From Promethearchaeota archaeon (GTDB lineage Archaea; Asgardarchaeota; Lokiarchaeia; Sigyniarchaeales; Promethearchaeaceae): DNA of 20,000 nucleotides. A program made the position numbers and the translations under genes. The stretch covers positions 154,927 through 174,926 of the forward strand of contig JAFGBS010000019.1 of assembly GCA_016933055.1 (NCBI GenBank), given 5' to 3'. The stretch's first letter is position 1; the number at the start of each line of letters is the position of its first letter. Below the pieces are notes generated by a model. It was not told where the DNA came from. It searched no databases and saw nothing but the letters and a program-made list of their open reading frames with translations. Below are positions 6,607 to 15,834 of the stretch, piece after piece.

Positions 6607-9056
6607 ATATCACGACTAGTGCATTTTATTTTTAAATTATCCTTATGGATATTCCAAAATTTTTTTACTCTCTGAGGAAGATCTTCGGGAGTTTCAATAT
6701 CCCAATCCTTAGGCAGCACACTACGATAATAATTTGTGTGAAAGCGTTGTCCAATGAGTACTACAAATCCCCTATCCGTTTCAGACCGAAAAATTCTACC
6801 CGCAGCTTGGATTACACGAGTTAATCCCGGATTCCGATATGCAAATTCAAATCCTCGATAATACTGCTTTTGGAAGTATTCTTTAATGAGTTCTTGTTCA
6901 AAGCAATATTGGGGCAATCCTGGACTGATTATGAATACACCAATAGCCATATCTCCCGGATAATCCACACCTTCACTAAAAATACCACCGTGAACTCCTA
7001 AAAGTAGATATGATGTGGTTTGGGATCGTAGCTGGGATAGTATTTGCCTTCTTGCTTTTTCACTCATGCGTCTTTGTTGCACAATGACTTCGTTGGATGA
7101 CGGTAACTCCTGCAATTCTTTCAACACGCTGTATAAATAATGGAAACTCGGAAAAAATACCAAATAATTTCCCGATTGGCATCGAATCGAATCGTGGATA
7201 AGTTGGGCTATTGTATGATAGGATGATTCCCTTTGCATGTAGCGAGTAGAAACATAAGGAAAATCCATATATAATCGGTTTTCAAGGGGAAATGGGCTGG
7301 AATATTGCAAAATTTTTGTATCTTCGGGTAAACCCAGCATTTCTTTATAATATCCAACAGGATACAACGTAGCAGATTGCACAATTACGCTATGAAAACC
7401 TTTCATCTGTGTTTTCAAAAAATTCGCAGCGGATTTACAGTAGATTTTAATTCTCCCTTCTTGGGGGTAGATTAAAGGCTCGAATTCATCCAGATGCGTT
7501 TGTTCCAAGATTTGAAGGAAAAAATGAAGTTGTTTGACGAAAATAGTAAACAAATCCCCTGCTAAAGGTTCCATTTCGTAGTTTTGCACAAAATTACCTA
7601 AGTAAGAAACAAGTAGATTTTCAAATTCATCTAAAAATTTTGAGAAGTCGTTGAGATCCAGTGGCACCTTAGTGACTCTTAATAAGGGATTTTCTAGTGA
7701 AGATTTAATGGTTTGAATGTATTTCATCAGATCTTGAAGTTTAGCAACTATTTCAGTTCTCAAATCTGCTGAAATTGCTTGATTTTGAATATATCCAACT
7801 AATTCAGTTAAAAATTCTTCTGAAATCTCTGGAGAATAATATTCTCGTGCACGCTCGGGTAGGTTATGCGCCTCATCAATAATGCATATACAATCCTTGT
7901 ACTTTCCTTTGAAAAATCGCTGTAATTTAATAATCGGACTAAATACATAATTATAATCCCCCACAATTACGTCACAAAATAATGAGCAATCTAATGCGAG
8001 TTCAAATGGACAAATTTTGTGTTCTTTTGCCTTTTTTTTGACATATTTAGAATTAATTACTTTATTTTTTAGAATAGACTTCAAAATGTCTTCATAATTT
8101 GCGGGATAAGACTGAGCGTATTTACATAACGCAGGATCGCATGCGTAGGTAGTATTTAAGCACATTTTTTCCTTTGCAGTTAAAATTATCGAGTTGAATT
8201 TTCCTTTATTCCGAGCAAACAACCTCAAGGTATCTTCATAAATTTTCTGTTGAGTTGTTTTCGAGGTAACCACAAATAATCGCTTATTTTCATCAATTGT
8301 ATACCGTAAGGCGGGAAATAGCGTTCCTACTGTTTTTCCAAGTCCTGAGGGTGCCAATAGCATGAGATTCCCGTGATCATTTAACACATTCTCACATATA
8401 TGAATGATTTCATCTTGATGCGGTCGAATTGTTTCAAATGGAAAATTTATTGAGTGTGCTCGTTGTTGTTGCTTTTTTTCATGTTTTTTTGTCTCTGAAA
8501 TAGTAGTGAGTACATTTTTGCATTTTTCGTCTAAGATTTCATAGATATTTTTAAATTGGATGGAGTGGATTGTTTCTTCTTGGGAAAACACATCAATTAC
8601 TACCAACTTACATTGTATTTTTTTATCAGGGTAAGTTTCTTTGAAATAATGGGCATAAAAAAGAAGCTGCAGTTGATATAATTGTCCTGCTTCAGAATTT
8701 AAAGTAAAATCTTTCAGATTATTCACTGATTTAATTTCTTCTACTGTGATTACATTACCCGAGATCTGAACAAGGTCGGTCCTTCCAGTTATAACAAATT
8801 TCCATCTGCCAATCTTCCGAAGTATATTCACTCGATATTCGGATTTCACCGAAACTCTGGTATTTTTTGTTTGGGTTTTTGCTAAGTTCTGATAATCAGA
8901 ATGAATTTCCATTCCTTTATTCGTTCGTAAGTAGAATGGTAAACTGGAGGAACTAAAATTCGAAGATTGAGGGTAAATGAGTTCCCGAATGGAAATTTTG
9001 ATTTGATGATTTATAGAATCAATTTTCAACCTATCCACACCACGATATTTATTCAC
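6582..9056 (-). CDS. XPD/Rad3/DinG-family superfamily 2 helicase with N-terminal PD-(D/E)XK nuclease-like domain
   Basis: N-terminus: GRTDLVQISGNVITVEEIKS...QLYQLQLLFYAHYF (PD-(D/E)XK plus Q-rich helix). Helicase: APSGLGKTVGTLFPAL (Walker A), Cys-containing insertion (C...C.YA...CPFELALDC), IIDEAHNLPERA (DEAH), VQAAGRIFRSETDRGFVVLI (motif VI). The gene overlaps the downstream phosphodiesterase gene by 25 nt. Confidence 0.85.
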   Translation of the reverse strand: MNKYRGVDRLKIDSINHQIKISIRELIYPQSSNFSSSSLPFYLRTNKGMEIHSDYQNLAKTQTKNTRVSVKSEYRVNILRKIGRWKFVITGRTDLVQISGNVITVEEIKSVNNLKDFTLNSEAGQLYQLQLLFYAHYFKETYPDKKIQCKLVVIDVFSQEETIHSIQFKNIYEILDEKCKNVLTTISETKKHEKKQQQRAHSINFPFETIRPHQDEIIHICENVLNDHGNLMLLAPSGLGKTVGTLFPALRYTIDENKRLFVVTSKTTQQKIYEDTLRLFARNKGKFNSIILTAKEKMCLNTTYACDPALCKYAQSYPANYEDILKSILKNKVINSKYVKKKAKEHKICPFELALDCSLFCDVIVGDYNYVFSPIIKLQRFFKGKYKDCICIIDEAHNLPERAREYYSPEISEEFLTELVGYIQNQAISADLRTEIVAKLQDLMKYIQTIKSSLENPLLRVTKVPLDLNDFSKFLDEFENLLVSYLGNFVQNYEMEPLAGDLFTIFVKQLHFFLQILEQTHLDEFEPLIYPQEGRIKIYCKSAANFLKTQMKGFHSVIVQSATLYPVGYYKEMLGLPEDTKILQYSSPFPLENRLYMDFPYVSTRYMQRESSYHTIAQLIHDSIRCQSGNYLVFFPSFHYLYSVLKELQELPSSNEVIVQQRRMSEKARRQILSQLRSQTTSYLLLGVHGGIFSEGVDYPGDMAIGVFIISPGLPQYCFEQELIKEYFQKQYYRGFEFAYRNPGLTRVIQAAGRIFRSETDRGFVVLIGQRFHTNYYRSVLPKDWDIETPEDLPQRVKKFWNIHKDNLKIKCTSRDIWTKLQNM

Positions 9057-9140
9057 TTGGTAGGATTGGTTAAAAACGGGACATGAATTTAGGAATTAAT
9101 ATGATCTAAAAGATGACTGTCGGAAAAATCGATTTGATAA

Positions 9141-9213
9141 AGCTCCCGGAGGGATTCGAACCCTCGACCTGCTGATTACAAGTCAGCTGCTATAGCCGCT
9201 AAGCCACGGAAGC
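9141..9213 (-). tRNA. tRNA-Thr (anticodon TGT)
   Basis: Minus strand: GCTTCCGTGGCTTAGCGGCTATAGCAGCTGACTTGTAATCAGCAGGTCGAGGGTTCGAATCCCTCCGGGAGCT. Acceptor stem GCTTCCG/CGGGAGC, anticodon arm GCTGA-CTTGTAA-TCAGC, T-arm with GGTTCGAATCC, discriminator U. CCA is not encoded. Confidence 0.96.
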
Positions 9214-9241
9214 AAAAGATATTGATTCTTTCGTACCAGAA

Positions 9242-9250
9242 CCTTTTAAG
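9242..9250 (-). promoter_or_regulatory. Archaeal TATA box for the tRNA-Thr gene
   Basis: The minus strand reads CTTAAAAGG centred about 33 nt upstream of the mature tRNA 5' end. Confidence 0.5.
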
Positions 9251-9374
9251 TAAGAAAACACAATTCGCCCAAATTAATAATCTTTACTCAAACTGTGTTT
9301 TATAAGGTAATGATTTTAATAGGCGATTGAAATATTTGATGATGCTGAGTAAATCTTCAGAGTTTTGAAGGAAG

Positions 9375-10712
9375 ATGAAACGAATTATCACGTTGGATTT
9401 TTTAAGAGGGTTAAGTTTAATGTGTATGATTGCTTTTCACGTAATCACTCACCTCCTTGATAAAAGTGCTCGTCAAAGCTTAGAGGATTTGCACTGGTCT
9501 ATCATATTTTTAGGATTTCTCTTTATGCTAACTGCATCTTTTCGATCGTTTTTTCTAATGATCAGTGCGGTAGTCAATACTGTCTCAATGCAGTATAATT
9601 TACTGTCCGGTCAAAAACCCGGGATAGTATGGAAAAAACAACTAATCAGTGGCTCTATAACCTATGTAGCGGGATTACTTGCAGAAGGAATTTTCAGTCA
9701 TAATGCTTTTATCCCTATATCAATTGAATCTCAGACACTATCACCTGAATTTTTAACTCGCTCTCTCCATTGTGAGACCCTGATGGTGATTGGCTTATCT
9801 ATGATCATCATCAGCACAATTCATTTTTTTTTGAGTATAAATAAGGGATATTTACGATACAAACGTAATTTTGTTGTATATGTCATTTTGGGATTGATGA
9901 CACTTTTTCTTACCCCTTATATTAGACAGATTTATTCTTTACCTTATGTGGGGGTTGATCCGGGGGATGGATATTATGAAGTGAGTAATGTTGGCGAATT
10001 CTTTAAAAATTTGGGGCTATCTCCGATATTTGGCATTCCACAACCTTTATTCCCCTTTTTTGCAACTGCATGCATTGGAACTAGTTTCGCAATATATCTT
10101 ACTAACACGGACAAATTACTTTATCCGATACGTATAATCCAAATTGGGAAAATTGTTGCTGCAATAATGATATTGACCGGGACTTCAATTGTATTGACAC
10201 GACTGGATGAAATTTATCTTATGTTTGAGCAGCAATTTGATGTGCATCCTTTATGGTTCTGGTTGATGACCAATGGATTTCAGCTTATAATTATTGTTTG
10301 GTTTTTGGGAATGAATGAGTTCAATAGGAAAAAAACAGGTAAAAACTATCTAAAACACACACTTTTACTCCGTAGATGGGGCATATTATCCATGTCAATA
10401 TTTCTCTGGCAAGCATATCCTGAACTTCTATTACGTTATTTGGGAACTTGGATTACTCCCTACGATTTCATCACCCGACATTCCACTCCCGCAATACCCA
10501 TGCTTATTTTAATGCTGACGACAACTGCTATTTGGGATGGAATTATTCGGTTATGGGAAAAAATTCAATTCAAAGGATCTCTGGAGTGGATTATGCAAAT
10601 TATAAAAAAGGGAAAACGCCAAGTGGATGTACAAGGAATATTATATGAGGTAGAACCCATTCGATTTGTAGCACAACCACTCCCAGCGAAGAAGCTAACT
10701 GCAAAGATATAA
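9375..10712 (+). CDS. Multi-pass membrane acyltransferase-like protein (HGSNAT/YeiB-like)
   Basis: N-terminal RIITLDFLRGLSLMCMIAFHVITH resembles the LDxxRGxxxxxMxxxH start of these membrane acyltransferase families. About ten hydrophobic segments follow. Confidence 0.65.
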   Translation: MKRIITLDFLRGLSLMCMIAFHVITHLLDKSARQSLEDLHWSIIFLGFLFMLTASFRSFFLMISAVVNTVSMQYNLLSGQKPGIVWKKQLISGSITYVAGLLAEGIFSHNAFIPISIESQTLSPEFLTRSLHCETLMVIGLSMIIISTIHFFLSINKGYLRYKRNFVVYVILGLMTLFLTPYIRQIYSLPYVGVDPGDGYYEVSNVGEFFKNLGLSPIFGIPQPLFPFFATACIGTSFAIYLTNTDKLLYPIRIIQIGKIVAAIMILTGTSIVLTRLDEIYLMFEQQFDVHPLWFWLMTNGFQLIIIVWFLGMNEFNRKKTGKNYLKHTLLLRRWGILSMSIFLWQAYPELLLRYLGTWITPYDFITRHSTPAIPMLILMLTTTAIWDGIIRLWEKIQFKGSLEWIMQIIKKGKRQVDVQGILYEVEPIRFVAQPLPAKKLTAKI

Positions 10713-10896
10713 TTCAAAAAACTCAGGAGTACTCGAAACATGTGGAATTCAATGGTTCTTATGAATGGTTCATTTCCAATATCATTGTCGAAAAAACCAA
10801 TTAAAAACCTCTGAAAAAAAACCAGATGCGAATGAAAAATTTATTATCTCATCCCAAGGGATTATTTATGGATAAATTCAATGGTGAAATAGGGTA

Positions 10897-12132
10897 ATGA
10901 AGATGAAAGGTATCTATTTTGATCTAAAAATGTGGAAAATTATTTTAAGTAAACTACGACTTGCACCCAAATTTCTTACCATCAATTATAAGGATAACTG
11001 GGCAATTCCAAAAATCACACATAATAGTCACGTACTAGTAAAAACTCTCAATGCGGGAATCTGCGGATCGGATATCCATCAAATAGATCTTGATATGTCG
11101 TATTATGCAAGTGTGTTATCCAGTCCCTTAAATCCTTCACCAATAGGGCATGAAGTTGTGGGTATAGTAGAGAAAACAAGCAAAAATTCTTCTTTAAAAA
11201 AAGGAGATAGAGTTGTGTTAAATCCAACTGCACATTGCGCATCTTATGGTTTTACTCCTTGTCCCAGTTGCCAAAAGGGGGACTGGCAGCATTGCTACAC
11301 ACTAGTGGGGACTGGAGATAATTCTGAACGAGAATCATCTTTTAAACCCTTTAAAGGGCAAATTTATGGAGGGTTCACTGAATATTTTCTTGCTTTTGAA
11401 AAGAATTTGTACAAAGTTCCCGAAAATGTCCCAAATTATGTAGCAGTATTGACAGAACCCTTTACAGTTGCATTGCATGCAGTTATGCGCAATAAACCCT
11501 CAGATACGGATTCAATAATTATAATAGGAGCAGGAACCATTGGATTGATGACCATTGTTGCTATTAGAACCTTAGGTATTAAGTCTAAAATTACCTCAAT
11601 TGCTCGATACTCTCATCAAGCAGAACTTGCAAAACAACTAGGTGCGGATACTGTATTGACAAGTTCAGGGGATAAAGAAAAATTGTACATAACTATTGCG
11701 GATATGCATAATTCATTACTAGTTACTCCCTTAATGCGTAAATCTTATCTATATGGAACGAGGGGTCCAGATATAATATTTGATTCTGTTGGATCTCAGA
11801 CTACAATAAACGATGCATTCCATTTGATTCGTTCGGGTGGAACCATAATTGTAATGGGGATGGGGTATTCTATCACAAAAAATGTAGATTGGGCGATCCA
11901 AATATATAAGGAAGTTACACTAACAGGGACTTTCCTCCAAAGTATAGGTGAGGTCGATGGAAAAGTAGTAGACCCCTATGAATTAGCCCTTGATTTCATG
12001 GCGAATCATGGAACTCTGTTTGAACAATTTGTAACTCACCGCTACCCTATAGATGAATATAAAAAAGCATTTGCAACGCTGGAGGATAAGGCACGTACTC
12101 AAGCAATTAAGGTGATTTTCGATTACACTTAG
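10897..12132 (+). CDS. Zinc-dependent medium-chain alcohol/polyol dehydrogenase
   Basis: AGICGSDIHQID, GHEVVGIVEK, GDRVVLNP, four-cysteine zinc loop CASYGFTPCPSCQKGDWQHC, Rossmann GAGTIGLM. GGTGA lies 9 nt upstream of the ATG. Confidence 0.88.
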   Translation: MKMKGIYFDLKMWKIILSKLRLAPKFLTINYKDNWAIPKITHNSHVLVKTLNAGICGSDIHQIDLDMSYYASVLSSPLNPSPIGHEVVGIVEKTSKNSSLKKGDRVVLNPTAHCASYGFTPCPSCQKGDWQHCYTLVGTGDNSERESSFKPFKGQIYGGFTEYFLAFEKNLYKVPENVPNYVAVLTEPFTVALHAVMRNKPSDTDSIIIIGAGTIGLMTIVAIRTLGIKSKITSIARYSHQAELAKQLGADTVLTSSGDKEKLYITIADMHNSLLVTPLMRKSYLYGTRGPDIIFDSVGSQTTINDAFHLIRSGGTIIVMGMGYSITKNVDWAIQIYKEVTLTGTFLQSIGEVDGKVVDPYELALDFMANHGTLFEQFVTHRYPIDEYKKAFATLEDKARTQAIKVIFDYT

Positions 12133-12225
12133 ACAATTTCATAACTTTCTGAGTTATCGAGTAAAAGAATAAAGTAATAAATGCATGATTTGTTGTGTTA
12201 CATATACTTCATAGGGTTGGGTATA

Positions 12226-14352
12226 GTGAAGCGAATTCGGATCAAGCTTATCCTTTTGGGAATGATTATTTTCACTCTTCTTGCTCTAGGTTTCACTTCT
12301 TCTTTTAATAAAACCCGAGCGCAAATAGAAATCGACTATGAGAAAATTCACCAAGATATCCTGATGGAAAGTAATCCGGGATATCTCGAGGATTGGTATA
12401 TTCCGAAAATTGAAATGTTATTTATTGTTCCGGACGGTTACGAAAGTACCGTAAAGCCATTATCTGATTGGAAAACTCTAAAAGGAGTACCCAGCATAAT
12501 TATTAACCAATCTACTTATTTAGAATTTCCAGGTCGGGATGAAGCGGAAAGTTTACGGAATTGTATCAAATATTATTACGAGAATTACGAAATCCAATGG
12601 GTATTACTAGCGGGAGATACAAGTTTAATCCCTACACGTTATGTTTATAATCCCGACACACGGATTTTACGGGAAGAAGGGACAAATGATTATGAACCCC
12701 TTGGTGCAAATGATATCTATAAACCTACGGATTATTATTATGCGGATTTAACAGGAACTTGGGATACTGATGGAGATAATATATTCGGAGAGAGTTTGTA
12801 CGAAAATCGAGTAGAGGAAATTGAATGGACTCCTGAGGTCCATGTGGGTAGACTTCCAGGTAATTCTATCGAAGAAATTGAGCAGATGATAAACAAAACT
12901 TTGTTTTATGATACTGTACAAAATCCTGGTGAGTGGATGAATAGTATGTTAATTGGGGCTGCAATTCAGGATTGGCCAACTCCAAAGGATTTAGACGGAG
13001 AACAAGAGATTCGACTGGCGAATCAAATTATAGAAGAATCCGTAAAGGGAAATATTAATTATACTCTTTTGGCAGAATCCACTGACTACGGAACCAATTT
13101 ATCCTCCACTACTTTCCGAAATGCATTCGAGCTCGGTCAATCCTTGGTCTTATTTGCTGGACATGGTTCTCCAAAGTCATTTAATGGAATCAATGGGGGA
13201 GTATCTACCACAATTTTCACAACAACTGCAGCTTTAAATCTTGAAAATTATGAAATGCCGTCTTTTGTCTTTGCCGATGCGTGTTCTACCAATATGTTCG
13301 ATCATATCAATGATTCAATGGGTGAAGTTCTAATTAAAAAAGAACGTGGAGGTGCGATCGGATATATCGGAAGTATGCGGTTGTCATTTTACTATACAAA
13401 TGATTCCCAGAATACTTGTAACCTATGTGAACTCAATCGAGGAATGACACGATTGTTTTTTCATGAATTCTTCAATAATCAACATTATCAGCAAGGGAAA
13501 ACCCTTAACGAAATGAGATTATCTTATTTAAATTCCGTATGGTTACAGAGCAATCCACGGTTCGGTAATTCTTACACTATCCATAATATTGAGTGGGAAC
13601 GAAAAAACGTTTTGACATATAACTTGTTGGGAGATCCGGAATTAGATATTTTCACACAAGCCCCTAGAATATTCAAAAATGAGACATTTATCCTAAACAC
13701 CTCATACTTTGAGGGTAGTTACATCCAAAGAATAATTACCGATGATACGAATAATCCTATTCCCTTCGCTAAAGTCGCATTGCAAGGCGAAAATTCCACT
13801 TATAAAACCTTTTTTACAGATGAAAATGGATTAGTACAAGTACAATTACCCTATGGTGCGAGATTTTATAATTATACAATTACAGCCCATAACATGATCC
13901 CTCAATTTGGTACTTTTCATACCGTGGAAGATGATCACGCTCCATTATTTTCAGATCCATATTCCTACTCTCCAGGAAAACCTACTGTAAACGATAAAAT
14001 AATGTTCAATATCCCCGTGGTTGATTACGAATCTTATATAGCTTGTGGCGTATTAGTATTGTCAACGGATTTATTCCACACATATGATTTTTATGAATTT
14101 CCTTTTAATCGCGAACATCTAAGCGTAAAAGGCGAATTACCACGATTGCAACCGGGTGAGTATGCTTACATTTTATATGTGTATGATTTTGGGCAAAATT
14201 ATACCTTCACCTATTGGAATAACAACATGATCTTTACTATCCCTGTTTCTGTTGCATTCATATTCGTTCTTCTGGCAAATATAGGGCTGTTGGGATTTAT
14301 CGGGTATTTCATTTGCAAAAAATATAGAGAGAATTTACTTCCGTATGATTGA
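12226..14352 (+). CDS. C25 family (gingipain-like) cysteine peptidase, secreted and membrane-anchored
   Basis: The track ORF begins at 12181. GTG at 12226 gives a cleaner signal sequence (MKRIRIKLILLGMIIFTLLALGF-like with V/M start). WVLLAGDTSLIPTRY; catalytic His in LVLFAGHGSPKSF; catalytic Cys in FVFADACSTNMFD; C-terminal TM VSIPVSVAFIFVLLANIGLLGFIGYF followed by KKYRENLLPYD. Confidence 0.85.
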   Translation: MKRIRIKLILLGMIIFTLLALGFTSSFNKTRAQIEIDYEKIHQDILMESNPGYLEDWYIPKIEMLFIVPDGYESTVKPLSDWKTLKGVPSIIINQSTYLEFPGRDEAESLRNCIKYYYENYEIQWVLLAGDTSLIPTRYVYNPDTRILREEGTNDYEPLGANDIYKPTDYYYADLTGTWDTDGDNIFGESLYENRVEEIEWTPEVHVGRLPGNSIEEIEQMINKTLFYDTVQNPGEWMNSMLIGAAIQDWPTPKDLDGEQEIRLANQIIEESVKGNINYTLLAESTDYGTNLSSTTFRNAFELGQSLVLFAGHGSPKSFNGINGGVSTTIFTTTAALNLENYEMPSFVFADACSTNMFDHINDSMGEVLIKKERGGAIGYIGSMRLSFYYTNDSQNTCNLCELNRGMTRLFFHEFFNNQHYQQGKTLNEMRLSYLNSVWLQSNPRFGNSYTIHNIEWERKNVLTYNLLGDPELDIFTQAPRIFKNETFILNTSYFEGSYIQRIITDDTNNPIPFAKVALQGENSTYKTFFTDENGLVQVQLPYGARFYNYTITAHNMIPQFGTFHTVEDDHAPLFSDPYSYSPGKPTVNDKIMFNIPVVDYESYIACGVLVLSTDLFHTYDFYEFPFNREHLSVKGELPRLQPGEYAYILYVYDFGQNYTFTYWNNNMIFTIPVSVAFIFVLLANIGLLGFIGYFICKKYRENLLPYD

Positions 14353-14353
14353 A

Positions 14354-14371
14354 AGGAAAAGAAGAAAGAAA
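14354..14371 (-). terminator. Pyrimidine/U-rich 3' tail of the 5S gene
   Basis: Immediately downstream of the 5S 3' end the minus strand reads TTTCTTTCTTCTTTTCCTTTC, consistent with archaeal U-tract termination. Confidence 0.45.
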
Positions 14372-14490
14372 GGCTACATTTTGAAGTTTCCCACTATTTA
14401 GTAATAGCAGTACTTACATCAACCCCCTTGAGCTTAATTACTCTGTTCGGAATGGGAAGAGATGTTTCCTCAAGGAGTATGAACGTAGCC
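14372..14490 (-). rRNA. rrf: 5S ribosomal RNA (complete, 119 nt)
   Basis: Minus strand: GGCTACGTTCATACTCCTTGAGGAAACATCTCTTCCCATTCCGAACAGAGTAATTAAGCTCAAGGGGGTTGATGTAAGTACTGCTATTACTAAATAGTGGGAAACTTCAAAATGTAGCC. Terminal helix GGCTACGTT/AATGTAGCC (one G-U), universal CCCAUUCCGAAC loop C, UUAAG, and AGUACUG in loop E. Confidence 0.95.
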
Positions 14491-14513
14491 AATTTTGTTG
14501 TATATTACCCTCG

Positions 14514-14520
14514 ATATAAA
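14514..14520 (-). promoter_or_regulatory. Archaeal TATA box for the 5S rRNA gene
   Basis: The minus strand reads TTTATAT at -24 to -30 relative to the 5S 5' end. Confidence 0.65.
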
Positions 14521-14546
14521 TTTTTTCATCTTCACTGTAATGAGTG

Positions 14547-14555
14547 TTTAAAAAT
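14547..14555 (+). promoter_or_regulatory. Candidate TATA box for the saccharopine dehydrogenase-like gene
   Basis: TTTAAAAAT lies 21-29 nt upstream of the ATG at 14576. It is divergent from the 5S promoter and suggests a nearly leaderless transcript. Confidence 0.4.
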
Positions 14556-14575
14556 GAATAAGATAAGGATCTAGT

Positions 14576-15814
14576 ATGAAGAAAATAGTCGTTCTCGGTG
14601 GTTGTGGTGCGGTTGGTCGTCACACCGTTCGAACATTAGCTAAATCTAAGGATGTAGATAAGGTGGTCATTGCTGATATTAATCTGGATCTAGCAGAGCA
14701 GATGGCTCAGCAGTTAGGTGAGAAAGTTACCGCAGTGAATGTGGACGTAAACAACACCGAAGACATTCGAAATGCAATAAAAGGTGCTAAGGTAGTCGTA
14801 AATACAGTCGGACCTTATTACATGTTTGAGAAAAAAATCCTCGAGGCCGTGATTGAAGAGGGTATTGACTACGTGGATGTATGTGATGATACTGGTGCGA
14901 CATATGATGCGTTAAATCTTGATGAGAGAGCTAAAGAAAAGGGAGTAACAGCCCTAATCGGCATGGGTTCCAGTCCCGGAGTTACCAATATTTTAGCAGC
15001 GTTTGCAGCTACCACAAAAAATATTCTGGCAGAATGTGAATCTATTGATCTATATCATATACATGGAGGGGAGCCGGTCGAAGGTGTTGGGGTAATTGGA
15101 CATAGATTTTATTGCATGCAACAAGATGTTCCTTTATTTCTTGATGGAGAAATGTTAAACCTGAGCCAGAAAGAAAGTGAGGACTACATTGAGGAAGTAG
15201 ATTTCATCAACCTGGAAGGAAAACATACAGTCTATCCGTATCCTCATCCAGAACCGATAACTTTGCCAAAATGGATTCCTGGAGTTAAGAGAGTTACGAA
15301 CAAAGGAACTGTACTTCCTGAAGAATATTACGATCTCACCCGAACTTTATATAAATGTGGGATGGCTTCAAAGGAACCCATAATGGTTAATGGTACCCCT
15401 GTGATTCCCCATGATTTTGCAACTCAATTTTTGATTAAACGAAGAAATGAAATTTTGAGGGAAACCAACTTTGGAGAGCAGCGTGGATGTGTGAAAATTG
15501 TGGTAATCGGCAAGAATGAACTCGGATTAGATAGGAAATATATTTTTTCCTTGGTATCTGAAGGTGCCGGAAAAGGACAAGCAATGGGAGAGGGTACGGG
15601 AATACCATGTGCATTGGGTGCATTATTATTATTACGAGGAAAAATCAAGAATGGTCCGGGTGTATTGCCTCCAGAGGCAAGCGTAAATGCGATGGAATTT
15701 CTCTCATTAATGCGAGAAATCATGCAAATAGACGGAAAAGATAAAACTAAAAAATCTCCATTAATCATACAAAAAGTGGATGAAATGGGAAGGATTGAAA
15801 CCATCGATATTTAA
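14576..15814 (+). CDS. Saccharopine dehydrogenase family NAD(P)-binding protein
   Basis: Rossmann motif KKIVVLGGCGAVGRHTVRTLA; VVVNTVGPYYMFEKKILEAVIEEGIDYVDVCDD; GMGSSPGVTNILAAFAA; GHRFY/GVPGVK-like central region. Confidence 0.87.
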   Translation: MKKIVVLGGCGAVGRHTVRTLAKSKDVDKVVIADINLDLAEQMAQQLGEKVTAVNVDVNNTEDIRNAIKGAKVVVNTVGPYYMFEKKILEAVIEEGIDYVDVCDDTGATYDALNLDERAKEKGVTALIGMGSSPGVTNILAAFAATTKNILAECESIDLYHIHGGEPVEGVGVIGHRFYCMQQDVPLFLDGEMLNLSQKESEDYIEEVDFINLEGKHTVYPYPHPEPITLPKWIPGVKRVTNKGTVLPEEYYDLTRTLYKCGMASKEPIMVNGTPVIPHDFATQFLIKRRNEILRETNFGEQRGCVKIVVIGKNELGLDRKYIFSLVSEGAGKGQAMGEGTGIPCALGALLLLRGKIKNGPGVLPPEASVNAMEFLSLMREIMQIDGKDKTKKSPLIIQKVDEMGRIETIDI

Positions 15815-15834
15815 TATTCGATGAAACTTCACTT

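Noticed and set aside
9340-9366. Possible C/D box sRNA (TGATGATG...CTGA) upstream of the acyltransferase-like gene
   Set aside because: The C-like and D-like boxes are only a few bases apart, leaving no room for a guide, and no C'/D' pair was found.
14438-14623. 61-aa minus-strand ORF (MTTNRTTTTENDYF...)
   Set aside because: It overlaps the 5' half of the 5S rRNA gene, its promoter and the start of the saccharopine dehydrogenase-like gene. It is not protein-like.
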